A stretch of DNA of 64,000 nucleotides from Phycisphaerae bacterium (GTDB taxonomy: Bacteria > Planctomycetota > Phycisphaerae > UBA1845): contig JAJDEA010000079.1 of NCBI GenBank assembly GCA_029260035.1, positions 4,803-68,802 of the forward strand. The letters are read 5' to 3'. This document shows positions 8,268 to 16,748 of the stretch, piece by piece. The notes under the pieces were generated by a model. That model was not told the DNA's origin. It saw only the letters and a list, made by a program, of their open reading frames with translations, and searched no databases. The position numbers and the translations under genes are program-made. Positions within the stretch are counted from its first letter, which is position 1; every line of letters starts with the position of its first letter.

Positions 8268-10613
8268 ATGGCGTTAGTGGCACGAAATCTTGCGACGGAA
8301 ATCGACGAAAGGGATTGGCTGACAGTCGATCAGGCCGCACGTCTTACCGGCGATTCGCCGCGTACGATTCGCTGGCGTGCTTTGAATGAAGCTGGTGATT
8401 CACGTCGTAGCGGACGAATGCCGCTAGCCCGGAAAGCACCGTCTCGCGATGGCCGAACGAAGGCCGTATGGCTGATTCACCGACGCCTGGATCATCGTTT
8501 GTCCCGCAACGTAAGTAAGCCCGACCGAGAAAGCCGCGATCGTAACGTGCTTCTCGAAAAGTATCCGAAACATGCCATCGATGGAGCCTATCGCAAGGCT
8601 CACTGGCTCCGACGATGGGATCAACTTTGTCAGGAACATCGATTAGCCGGTGAGTCCGAACTGACACTTGCTCGGAGAGTCGTTGCCGAGGCCAAAGCCG
8701 TTGAGGCGGGTCAATTCACTGTGAGCGTACGAAGCCTGCAAATCTGGCGAAGGGCTTATAACGACACAACACCCGGTGGTCGAATTGCCGGTATTGCAGG
8801 GTTGATCGATCGGCGCTCGTTATCCGGGAATCGCGACGGCGGTGCTACTGGCTCAGTTGAGGGACGGTCGCCCGACGCGGTCGAGTATTTTTATGGTTTG
8901 TATCATTGCCAGAGCAGGCCGAGTGCCAAGACGTGCCATGCCGCAACACTTCGAGAATCCAATCGGCAGGGATGGGAATGGTCGGTGAGTTATTCCGCAA
9001 CATTGAAGTGGCTGAAAGTCTACGACGATCGTTCGGTGACGTGCCTCATGCGTGAGGGACACGACAAGTGGGCACGGAAATACATGGCGCACAATGAGGT
9101 TGATTACTCACTGATTGATCCGGGAGCGCTTTACGTTTGCGATCACACTCAGCTTGACTGCTGGTGCGAGCACGACGGGAAGCAACTACGACCGTGGCTG
9201 ACGGCGATACAGGACTGTCGTAGTCGTCGGATCGTCGGGTACCACGTCGGCATCGCACCGCATCAAGACGCGATTGTTGCAGCCATGCTTATGGCATTTC
9301 GAGAATGCGCCATACCGGAACGTATGCGGATCGATAACGGTCGGGATTTTACGTCTCGGCTGTTGACTGGCATTACCAAGGCAACCCGCGACCGGCTGCG
9401 CACAGAGCACGGACCAGACTGGCACCGCGTTCTCAAGCGAGACGCGAATCTTGTCGAGTGTGTCGATTCGCGGTTCATGGGTATCGTGCCGGAGCTTGGC
9501 ATCGAGCTAGTCTACGCGATTCCGTACGCGCCTTGGTCCAAGGGGCAACTCGAGCGCTGGTTCCGAACCTATCACGACCTGTGCTGCAAAACGTTTGCGA
9601 GTTATTGCGGGAATTCGGTGCTGACGAAACCGGAGTGTTTGGAAGCAATTCGTCGCGGCTATACGAAGGATCAAAAGCGGCGCCTTCGCAAGCGATACGG
9701 CAGGGCATGGAAGAAAGTGGCCGTGCTTCGGTTCGTCGATACTCGTGATGTACCAACACTGGATCAAGTGCGAGCGGCGACGGCTGAATCGATCGAAGTT
9801 TATCATCGCAGCCCGCACAGCGCCGACGATATGGGCGGTCGCACGCCCTTTGAAGTGTGGGGTACAGCGACGACGCTTCGCCGTGCCGAGGATCGCGACC
9901 TATTGTTCTTCATGCAGTCGCGTGGCGTCTACAAAGTTGGCCCCAATGGTGTTGGGTTCCGGGTTGGGAACAGGCGGCTCACCTACGGTGCTGCCGCACA
10001 GGAGCTTTACCGGCTTCGTGGCCGCGATGTGTTCATCACGCTCGATCCGTCCGACTTGTCGCACTGCTACGCTTGGACGCCAGAGCGTGCCAACCGCCGA
10101 TTCATTGTACGGTTGGATTCCAATGATCGACTATCACCTGCTGCAACGGTCGATGATTTGCGGGAAGCCAGCGCCACGATAGAGCGGCGGCGGAAGATTG
10201 GACGCAAGGCGCAACGTGAAGCACCCAAGCGAATGCGGTCAGTATCACAGGAACTCACGGCTCAGCGTCGCGAGCATGTGCAGGAACTTCGTGCGACCGG
10301 CACGGATGGGAAACCAAACGCCAATGTGAAGGTCGTCCGAACGGGGTTTGAAGGGGCATCGAAACCGGTTCGGACGCCATCCGCAAGCGGAAGTGCAAGA
10401 GACTTGAGTGCCGAGCGCGAGGCGCTTGGGTTTGTGCCGCCGCCTCCCGATCCTGAACCGAAACAGGAACGCGCGACGTTGGATATGATCGCTGGGAATG
10501 TGTGCTTGCCCAAGGATGGTAGCGAGCAAAAAGACGGCAAGGACGCCGAGGAGCCTAAATCGGACTTGCTCAGTCTGATTGCGGGGAATCGGCATGAACG
10601 AACAAACGAATAA
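8268..10613 (+). CDS. MuA-like DDE transposase (rve-type integrase core)
   Basis: 781 aa. N-terminal Mu-type DNA-binding region. Candidate catalytic triad D (VCDHTQLD), D (RIDNGRDF), E (PWSKGQLERWF). The long C-terminal region probably contacts the ATPase. Confidence 0.85.
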   Translation: MALVARNLATEIDERDWLTVDQAARLTGDSPRTIRWRALNEAGDSRRSGRMPLARKAPSRDGRTKAVWLIHRRLDHRLSRNVSKPDRESRDRNVLLEKYPKHAIDGAYRKAHWLRRWDQLCQEHRLAGESELTLARRVVAEAKAVEAGQFTVSVRSLQIWRRAYNDTTPGGRIAGIAGLIDRRSLSGNRDGGATGSVEGRSPDAVEYFYGLYHCQSRPSAKTCHAATLRESNRQGWEWSVSYSATLKWLKVYDDRSVTCLMREGHDKWARKYMAHNEVDYSLIDPGALYVCDHTQLDCWCEHDGKQLRPWLTAIQDCRSRRIVGYHVGIAPHQDAIVAAMLMAFRECAIPERMRIDNGRDFTSRLLTGITKATRDRLRTEHGPDWHRVLKRDANLVECVDSRFMGIVPELGIELVYAIPYAPWSKGQLERWFRTYHDLCCKTFASYCGNSVLTKPECLEAIRRGYTKDQKRRLRKRYGRAWKKVAVLRFVDTRDVPTLDQVRAATAESIEVYHRSPHSADDMGGRTPFEVWGTATTLRRAEDRDLLFFMQSRGVYKVGPNGVGFRVGNRRLTYGAAAQELYRLRGRDVFITLDPSDLSHCYAWTPERANRRFIVRLDSNDRLSPAATVDDLREASATIERRRKIGRKAQREAPKRMRSVSQELTAQRREHVQELRATGTDGKPNANVKVVRTGFEGASKPVRTPSASGSARDLSAEREALGFVPPPPDPEPKQERATLDMIAGNVCLPKDGSEQKDGKDAEEPKSDLLSLIAGNRHERTNE

Positions 10614-11736
10614 CGAACACGCCTTTGATCTTCTTTCTGAATCGTCGCGCGTGGCAAGGACGGCAAGGATGCTCGATCCGGATAAACAACTCAAGGACAA
10701 TCAGCGTAAAGACACTTGCGAACGTGTGCTTCGGTTTATCGAAGAACACGGCATCACCCAAGCAGCCGTGGCCCGCGAAGTGGGCATTAGCTCGACCACA
10801 ATCAGCGATATACTTCGTCTCCGGTACAAAGGCAAGACGTGTGATGCGCAGCTCGTCAAGTTGCATAATTGGCTTGAACTGGCCGCACGCCGCGAGAACC
10901 TCTTGCGTAACCGTCAATTCATTGAGACTTCGGTTGCGAAGGAAATCCTTCAAGTGGCCTCAATTGTCGCGGAAACATGCCGTATCGGTGTCATTTTTGG
11001 ACCTGCGCAGATCGGCAAGACGTTTGCGCTCACGGCGATCGAAGGTGACCAGCGATTCGGCGACCCGGTTCTCATACGGATCGATGAATCGATGCTCCGC
11101 CCTATGCCGGTGTGCCGTGCACTCGCGTCACGGTTTGAACTCAGCACGAATGGTCCGTTCGATACGCTATTCAGGCGGATCATCAAGCGGTTGGCAGGCA
11201 CCAAGCGCATGCTGATATTCGACGAAGTCGAACGCGTGAACTACAAGACGCTCGAAATGATCCGTGACCTGCACGACAAAACCGGCTGCCCTGTCTTGCT
11301 TGCAGGTAAACCGATGATCTTCGCAAGGCTCGGGTTTCGTGAGGTAGGCGATTTTTCGGAAGTAACGGACCAACTGGCCGCACGTGTTGTGATTCGGCGC
11401 GACCTTACTGAACGCACGCGTGGCGATCAACCCGAGCCGTTATTCAGCCTCGAAGACATACGCAAACTGATTGGTCGATCTGAACTGAATCTGCGAGTAT
11501 CGAAGGACGCCGAAAAGTGGCTGCAAGAAAGAGCATCCACGCTTGGCATGGGTGGCATCGGAGCCGCGCTCGTCGCACTTTATCTTGCCGCGAAAGTGGC
11601 ATTCTCGAAGGGCGGCGAATCGATCACAAATACTGATTTGGAAAAGGTTTCCGACTTAACGATCGGGCATGAGAGCGCGTCATACATCGCCGATGTGGTA
11701 GCAGAATCATCCGGTGTCATGCGGAGGGTTGTTTGA
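10594..11736 (+). CDS. MuB-like AAA+ ATPase transposition helper with N-terminal HTH
   Basis: N-terminal HTH GITQAAVAREVGISSTTISDIL. Walker A GPAQIGKT. Walker B LIFDEVE. Overlaps the end of the transposase gene by ~20 nt. Confidence 0.8.
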   Translation: MNEQTNNEHAFDLLSESSRVARTARMLDPDKQLKDNQRKDTCERVLRFIEEHGITQAAVAREVGISSTTISDILRLRYKGKTCDAQLVKLHNWLELAARRENLLRNRQFIETSVAKEILQVASIVAETCRIGVIFGPAQIGKTFALTAIEGDQRFGDPVLIRIDESMLRPMPVCRALASRFELSTNGPFDTLFRRIIKRLAGTKRMLIFDEVERVNYKTLEMIRDLHDKTGCPVLLAGKPMIFARLGFREVGDFSEVTDQLAARVVIRRDLTERTRGDQPEPLFSLEDIRKLIGRSELNLRVSKDAEKWLQERASTLGMGGIGAALVALYLAAKVAFSKGGESITNTDLEKVSDLTIGHESASYIADVVAESSGVMRRVV

Positions 11737-11783
11737 AATAACAAGGTTGTTCCGAACGGAACTCAATAGTTATCGCGGTGGAT

Positions 11784-12230
11784 ATGATGATCGCAAACAT
11801 AAGAACAGAACGAGGTTCGAGCACACCAAAGCAACGGCAACTGCTTCACCAGCTTAAGAGGCGGTGGGGTTGGACGGACGATCAGCTTCACGACGCGATC
11901 GGCGCAGTAAGTACAAAGGTTCTGTCCGCCGCCGACGCGAGCCGTTGCATCCGTCGTCTAGGCGGCGGAGAGTTGCCGAATCCGCCCGGTCGAAAGCCAG
12001 CCCCGTATCAGGGAAGGAGACAGAAGACTGACGCAACTCGCATGATTGCTCCGGGACACGAAGAGCAAATCGAACGGTTGCTCCGCGAGCACTTTGGCGA
12101 CTTGGAATCCGGCTTAGCTTGGCTCGAAAAGAACTTTGACGTGCAATGTACGCGCGACCTTTTGACAGCGAAAAGAGCGGGTGAAGTGATCTACGTTCTC
12201 AAGGAGATGATCGCCCGAACCAATAAATGA
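11784..12230 (+). CDS. GemA/gp16-like (DUF1018-like) small regulatory protein, tentative
   Basis: ~149 aa. KQRQLLHQLKRRWGWTDDQLHDAIGAVSTKVLSAADAS resembles the GemA-family N-terminal pattern (K..LI.KIHIA...LGLDDD.YR..L..V.GK.S). It is the last gene before the right end. Confidence 0.5.
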   Translation: MMIANIRTERGSSTPKQRQLLHQLKRRWGWTDDQLHDAIGAVSTKVLSAADASRCIRRLGGGELPNPPGRKPAPYQGRRQKTDATRMIAPGHEEQIERLLREHFGDLESGLAWLEKNFDVQCTRDLLTAKRAGEVIYVLKEMIARTNK

Positions 12231-12360
12231 GACGGCTTTGACCGTTATTTGAAGTGCCTTCGATGGCCGTTCAAACGGCCTTCGGAATTTGAAAACTCAC
12301 AACGCTCCCGACGACTCGTTATACGCAAAACCCGAGTCGATCAGGGAGCGTTCGTCTTAT
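12231..12360 (+). repeat. Conserved right-end block of copy 1, containing an inverted copy of the end core
   Basis: Near-identical to 20718-20847. TACGCAAAACCCGAG at 12321-12335 is the reverse complement of CTCGGGTTTTGCGTA; compare CTGGGTTTTGCGCA at the left end. Confidence 0.55.
12265..12290 (+). terminator. Possible intrinsic terminator after the GemA-like gene
   Basis: Hairpin GGCCGTTcaAACGGCC followed by TTCGGAATTT. Copy 2 has a partly compensatory variant GGCTATCCAAACAGCC. The T-tract is weak. Confidence 0.25.
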
Positions 12361-12706
12361 ATCCGTCGCGCAGAGTAGTTCCGTTTCGCGCAGAGTACGG
12401 TTCCCCTTTAGAGTTGTTGTAAAATAAGGACTTACGGGAATTGTTGATCCTAATCAATTTCGCAGCGCAGAACGGATTGGCGGTTGGAACCTACAATTGG
12501 GCGCCGTGAGGGCGGGAGAGAATCGGCAATCGGCAATAGCAACGGCAATGTCCGGAATCGGACGCACAAAACTTCGCAGTACCGCTGCAATTCCAAGCCA
12601 GCCTCTGATCCTGTGATTTTCGACTCAACCGCTGGTTTTGGACGTCGTCCGGACCACCTTCGACGGCGGTTTGGACGCCCTTCGATAGTGGTTGGACGAG
12701 GCTCGA

Positions 12707-13396
12707 TTATAGAGTATTCCATACCTCGATCCCCCCTTCGCCGACAACCCAAAGAAATAGAAGAATCCCAGCCGCGAAGAATGCGCCGCTTAGCCAAAAC
12801 CAGAACTTCCGAGCATACTTTTCGACTTTCAGCACTGCCGTAAAAACTCGGTTGTGTCGAATCTGGACTCCTTCGTGGTCGTGTTTCCGATTCATTGGCT
12901 GAAGGTTTGAATCAATAATCCTGAATGCGTCATCCGGTTTCAATGGTTGTAGCCCATGCGCTGAACCACACATTTGAAGCAAAGCAATACGCATTTCTTT
13001 CGATGCACGCCTTTCGGCAATCCACAGAAATTCCCGCAGTTGAGCTGGACCTGCATGGTCTTTTCGGTAGTCACCAAAACTACCGTACCTTTTGACGATC
13101 TCGGGGCAGGCGATCCAATAGATTGCTTGCCCAATTACGAAGAGACCGGACATGAGGTAAAAACGCTGCCAACTGAACGGCAGTGCAATCGTAACAGTAA
13201 TCGGAGCATCAATGCCGAACCCGAGATGCGAGAAGTCGAGGGTATGTTGACCTGCAAAGGGAGCGAGCAACTTGGCAGCGATGGGCACAACGAGTAGCCA
13301 AACAAATGAAAATGTGACGAGTCGGCTGTTGCCGAGTGCTCGGAGCAAGCCCCAGTGGAAACCGCTGTCCCAAGTTGCCGTCTTAAGGTCTACCAT
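12707..13396 (-). CDS. Small integral membrane protein (cargo of copy 2)
   Basis: 229 aa with several hydrophobic helices (LVTFSFVWLLVVPIAAKLLAPF, LMSGLFVIGQAIYWIACPEIV, FWFWLSGAFFAAGILLFLWVVG). No recognisable family. Starts 2 bp after the stop of the upstream HTH gene. Confidence 0.5.
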   Translation of the reverse strand: MVDLKTATWDSGFHWGLLRALGNSRLVTFSFVWLLVVPIAAKLLAPFAGQHTLDFSHLGFGIDAPITVTIALPFSWQRFYLMSGLFVIGQAIYWIACPEIVKRYGSFGDYRKDHAGPAQLREFLWIAERRASKEMRIALLQMCGSAHGLQPLKPDDAFRIIDSNLQPMNRKHDHEGVQIRHNRVFTAVLKVEKYARKFWFWLSGAFFAAGILLFLWVVGEGGIEVWNTL

Positions 13397-13398
13397 AA

Positions 13399-14667
13399 CT
13401 ACGATTTGCGTTTCTTCTTGGCTTTACCCTTGGCACGTTTGGTTGTTTTCGTCGTTTGCTCATTAGAAACGGTTGAATCGGATCGTGTCTCTGTCTTCAT
13501 GAGAGTCTTCGCTGACAATACAAGCTTCAGCATATTGGCCATCTCGCTCTCGGCCTCATCATAGACATCGCCTAGCGCATCCATCTTGTCAATGTTGCGC
13601 CTTGGAGCATCCGCCAACTGGAGATACATGTCGTACATAGCAACTATGACAAGGTGCTTTCCTTTTGGCATTAACCTCAGACTGAACGCGGCGTCGTGGA
13701 TGATCTGTTGGACGTATGCCGAGACTGGCTGTTCCCACTGTGCGCGGTCAAGAAATTCTCGTGCCAGAAATGCTGCGTGGACAGCCATTACGTCTACTGA
13801 GTCAAGTGGGTGCGGGAACACACGGAGATTGTCAGACTCGCTCATTGCACTGCAGGACGACCAAACTCTATCAATCAGCAGGCGTTCACATGTACGCGAA
13901 ATAACTTTTGCACTTACACCTTGCGCATTCAAAAGTCGGTCCGCTCGACCGTCGGCAAAATCGAACGTCAACCTTGTCTGAAGCAGCGGATCCCAGTCCA
14001 TCGAGTACCGACTCATCGCGGAAGCCAGTGTCATTGACCGATCTAAATCAGAGAAAAGCCAGAGGCGGTACACTCCGGCCATCGCCCTGCCGTTAATGGA
14101 AGTTCCGAGGGTCGAATTTACAAACCGCTTTTCCAATGAAGAGGGTAGAGCAACTGTTGATAACAGTCCCTTGGGTATAGGATGCGCCGACTCTTTCCGC
14201 TTCACGATCTTATTTTTGTAGACCCATTCTGGCCACTTAATGGCGTCTACACCATACTCGGTGAATCCACTTATTGCATAGAGAGCCAGGAGAAAGCAGG
14301 CTGGTACAGTGGCGTCAGACACCCCGTCCAACACGTCTTCGTCGATAGGCCCATGCTCGACATATGCCAAGGCGTTGGCTACGTTCGATGCGGCTATTTG
14401 CGCATCGTCTGTTAATTCGCTCCAGACATCTGGGTGATTTCGGTTGAACGCCAACTTCATGAGTTGCTGGCGTTCAGACGGAGTCAGACCCAGTTTTTGG
14501 ACAACCACACTTAGAATATCCATATTGACGGTGCGGTTGTACCGTTCCCATCCACCAATATATGTATCGCTTTTCCCGACGGCGCGAGAAACGGCCTGGG
14601 CGGTCATTCCTCGCTTTGTACGGAGTTTCTGTAGATAGACGCCGAATTCGTCGTGTGTTTGGGACAT
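13399..14667 (-). CDS. XRE-type HTH protein, candidate repressor-c analogue of copy 2, with a divergent C-terminal domain and a lysine-rich tail
   Basis: 422 aa. FGVYLQKLRTKRGMTAQAVSRAVGKSDTYIGGWERYNR is an XRE-type HTH. C-terminus TKTTKRAKGKAKKKRKS. The N-terminus is homologous to 5031-6461; the remainder is different. Confidence 0.6.
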   Translation of the reverse strand: MSQTHDEFGVYLQKLRTKRGMTAQAVSRAVGKSDTYIGGWERYNRTVNMDILSVVVQKLGLTPSERQQLMKLAFNRNHPDVWSELTDDAQIAASNVANALAYVEHGPIDEDVLDGVSDATVPACFLLALYAISGFTEYGVDAIKWPEWVYKNKIVKRKESAHPIPKGLLSTVALPSSLEKRFVNSTLGTSINGRAMAGVYRLWLFSDLDRSMTLASAMSRYSMDWDPLLQTRLTFDFADGRADRLLNAQGVSAKVISRTCERLLIDRVWSSCSAMSESDNLRVFPHPLDSVDVMAVHAAFLAREFLDRAQWEQPVSAYVQQIIHDAAFSLRLMPKGKHLVIVAMYDMYLQLADAPRRNIDKMDALGDVYDEAESEMANMLKLVLSAKTLMKTETRSDSTVSNEQTTKTTKRAKGKAKKKRKS

Positions 14668-14788
14668 GGCCGTATATTAGCCTCACAAGGTATATCCGCA
14701 ATGATATATCGTCGCGGCCATGGAAAGTGAAAATTATTTCATTTATTCTATAGACAAAGTAATTGAAATTACCGATAATCGAATCAGA

Positions 14789-15034
14789 ATGAATTTCTAT
14801 GAACCGAGATTTCGACGCGATGCGATCCGGGAGTTGATGGAGCGAGAGGGGCTGAACGCAAGCGCCTTCGCATCCCGAGCGTCGGTTCAAAGAACTCTGA
14901 TTGGTGGATGGTTGCCAGGCGTTGTGACACCGCATGTCGGAACGCTTACCCGCCTGTGCCGTGTGTTCGATGTTCCGATCGATTTTTTCTTCGACCAGGC
15001 GCCGAGCGATCCGGTTAACCAAGAAACGGTATGA
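14789..15034 (+). CDS. Small HTH-like DNA-binding protein (paralogue of 6590-6826)
   Basis: MNFYEPRFRRDAIRELMEREGLNASAFASRASVQRTLIGGWLPG... Confidence 0.5.
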   Translation: MNFYEPRFRRDAIRELMEREGLNASAFASRASVQRTLIGGWLPGVVTPHVGTLTRLCRVFDVPIDFFFDQAPSDPVNQETV

Positions 15035-15330
15035 GTAATAACACACCCAATACGAAGCGAATCGCACGCGTAACAGTGCCGTGTCTGAATCGCGTTTTGA
15101 TCGGCGAGCGCGTTCACGATCTTCGAGTCGAACGCGGCTGGAAGGCTCTTGAATTGGCTCGGGCAACCGGAATTCCACGAAGCACGATTGCCGCGATCGA
15201 AACCGGACGGATGCTTCCGGACCCTGACAGATTTCTGGCGCTCGCCATGGTGTTCGGTGTTTCGGTTGATTTTGTCATGCTCGGCGAACCGGTTCCCTGC
15301 GACGCAAGACAAGGACCAACGGATGCGTAA
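15031..15330 (+). CDS. XRE-family HTH regulator (paralogue of 6823-7134)
   Basis: GWKALELARATGIPRSTIAAIETGRMLPDPDRFLALAMVFGVSVDFVM. Confidence 0.65.
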   Translation: MSNNTPNTKRIARVTVPCLNRVLIGERVHDLRVERGWKALELARATGIPRSTIAAIETGRMLPDPDRFLALAMVFGVSVDFVMLGEPVPCDARQGPTDA

Positions 15331-16150
15331 AACGGAAGTCAACATTCCGGAAATTGTAGTGCCGCGAGTGACAAAATGCGGGATCGGCGTGCGACTCAAG
15401 CAGCTTCGGAGTAACCGCAACTTGACGGCTGAGTACGTTGCCCGAGCGATCAAACTCCCTACTCGATTTATCCGAACCGTGGAGCGGGGACGCATGATGC
15501 CGACGGCTGCGGAGCTTGTGGCACTTGCGGTGGTGTGCAGGACGTCCGTTGACTATCTCCTGATTGGCCAGTCTGCAACTCTCCACTGCTCAAACGATAG
15601 ATCGAGACGATCTCGCACGCTGCCAACGAGACCGATCGAGCAGCGCACGCCAGCCGCAGGCGAATGGGTCACCGTCCGTGAGGCCGCCCGGTTGAGCGGC
15701 GTGTCAGTTAGCAATTGGTACGCGCGTGCTATCCGCGTAGCCGAGTATGCGATGCGTACAGGAATTAAATCGCTAGCCGTCCATGCGCCGATTAGCAGGA
15801 ACGGATCGCGGCGCGTGTGGTGGTTGCATCGTTCGCTGGACGAACGATTGCGATTGGATTTCGACGCACAATTCAGGCTGGATCAATCCCGCAAGTTTCC
15901 ATGCTCCAAGGCACAACTTGAACGTGGAAGGCGACGGGCCAAGTGGGCTGCCGAATGGCGCAAGGCGTGCGACGCCCAAGCAAAGGGAAAACGAAACACG
16001 ATTGCGCTAGCGAAGCGCACAGTACGAAGGGCAAAACGCGCGGAAGGCTCGGGTTTCAAGATCAGCGTTCGATCTCTTCAGGGATGGTGGCGACGCTATG
16101 CAGGCTTAGGCCCTAACGGCGGTATCGCCGGAGTCAAAGGACTGATCTGA
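15323..16150 (+). CDS. XRE HTH fused to a MuA-N-terminal-like DNA-binding region (paralogue of 7103-7669 with an extra HTH)
   Basis: ATG at 15323 overlaps the previous stop. N-terminus VRLKQLRSNRNLTAEYVARAIKLPTRFIRTVERG is an HTH. C-terminus GEWVTVREAARLSG...RRVWWLHRSLDERLRLD...FKISVRSLQGWWRRYAGLGPNGGIAGVKGLI. Confidence 0.55.
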   Translation: MRKTEVNIPEIVVPRVTKCGIGVRLKQLRSNRNLTAEYVARAIKLPTRFIRTVERGRMMPTAAELVALAVVCRTSVDYLLIGQSATLHCSNDRSRRSRTLPTRPIEQRTPAAGEWVTVREAARLSGVSVSNWYARAIRVAEYAMRTGIKSLAVHAPISRNGSRRVWWLHRSLDERLRLDFDAQFRLDQSRKFPCSKAQLERGRRRAKWAAEWRKACDAQAKGKRNTIALAKRTVRRAKRAEGSGFKISVRSLQGWWRRYAGLGPNGGIAGVKGLI

Positions 16151-16202
16151 ATGGTTCAGTGATTAAGAGTCATAGCAACGGCACAAGGATGACGGAGGCA
16201 GC

Positions 16203-16500
16203 GATGACGACGACAAGGAAACGAGCGAAGACGAAACGTGCTCGAAGCGTAGCCAACGTCAGTCGCAAGACGGCGACGGCTAAAACAAGAAACAATCGAG
16301 ACCGGAAGCTCGTGCTAAGTGTTTCTGACATCGCGATTTTGGACCGAATGCTTGAGGACGGTTCGATCAGCGAGGTCGTTACTTTGTCAGCGAGTGATCT
16401 GGCGACGTGGGTTCACAACATCGGCACCGATCTGGATCGGGCGGAAGCGCTTGTGGCTGTCCTGCCCATAGCGAGGCGCGTGTACGCGCGATGCAATTAG
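16203..16500 (+). CDS. Hypothetical Arg/Lys-rich protein (paralogue of 7723-8019)
   Basis: GGAGG lies upstream of the ATG. MTTTRKRAKTKRARSVANVSRKTATAKTRNNRDRK... Confidence 0.4.
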
Positions 16501-16501
16501 A

Positions 16502-16711
16502 ATGACTGACACGATCGCCAATCCGCAGGTCTTTCCGTTTCGACCGGACATGTGCCGAGCTACTGGGCATGCGGACACGCCGGAGCGTGAGGCGGCGTTA
16601 CGGCAGGCGCACGCGCTCATCGATCGGCTCGGGACAGCGGACGTGATCGCGACGCTCCCGGTGTTGGGTAAATACGCCCATTCGATCGAGCAGGAGCAAC
16701 GGCCTGTTTGA
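16502..16711 (+). CDS. Hypothetical small protein (paralogue of 8021-8230)
   Basis: MTDTIANPQVFPFRPDMCRATGHADTPEREAALRQAHALIDRLG. Confidence 0.4.
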   Translation: MTDTIANPQVFPFRPDMCRATGHADTPEREAALRQAHALIDRLGTADVIATLPVLGKYAHSIEQEQRPV

Positions 16712-16748
16712 ATGACGATCGGTTGCATAGAACTGCGAGTAGGAACTC

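Larger units (their letters stand above)
3262..12360 (+). mobile_element. Mu-like (transposable-phage-derived) mini-element, copy 1: left-end block, cargo (HTH protein + Ser/Thr kinase), regulators, MuA-like, MuB-like, GemA-like, right-end block; no structural genes
   Basis: Gene order and homologies are listed below. Conserved end blocks are shared with copy 2. An inverted core (C)TGGGTTTTGCGCA sits at the left (3266-3280, repeated at 3315-3327) and TACGCAAAACCCGAG at the right (12321-12335). Boundaries are approximate. Confidence 0.6.

Noticed and set aside
8268-11736. Tn7-like / CRISPR-associated transposon (TnsB-TnsC) interpretation
   Set aside because: No TnsA, TniQ/TnsD, Cas genes or CRISPR array in or next to the elements. 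The ATPase has a MuB-style N-terminal HTH and MuB-like size. A GemA-like gene and a repressor-like paralogue of the transposase N-domain favour a Mu-type origin. HMM confirmation is still needed.
12484-12560. CRISPR-like or satellite array (CGGCAAT repeats), and the ORFs 12450-12797(-) / 12484-12843(+)
   Set aside because: Only 3-4 heptamer copies with no spacer/repeat periodicity of CRISPR size. The ORFs lie in a non-coding block conserved with 3347-3640, where the corresponding frames are not maintained.
15149-16150. Single 333-aa ORF as called in the track
   Set aside because: Its first 58 codons overlap the upstream XRE gene (15031-15330) in another frame. An ATG at 15323 gives an HTH + MuA-N-like protein consistent with the copy-1 arrangement.
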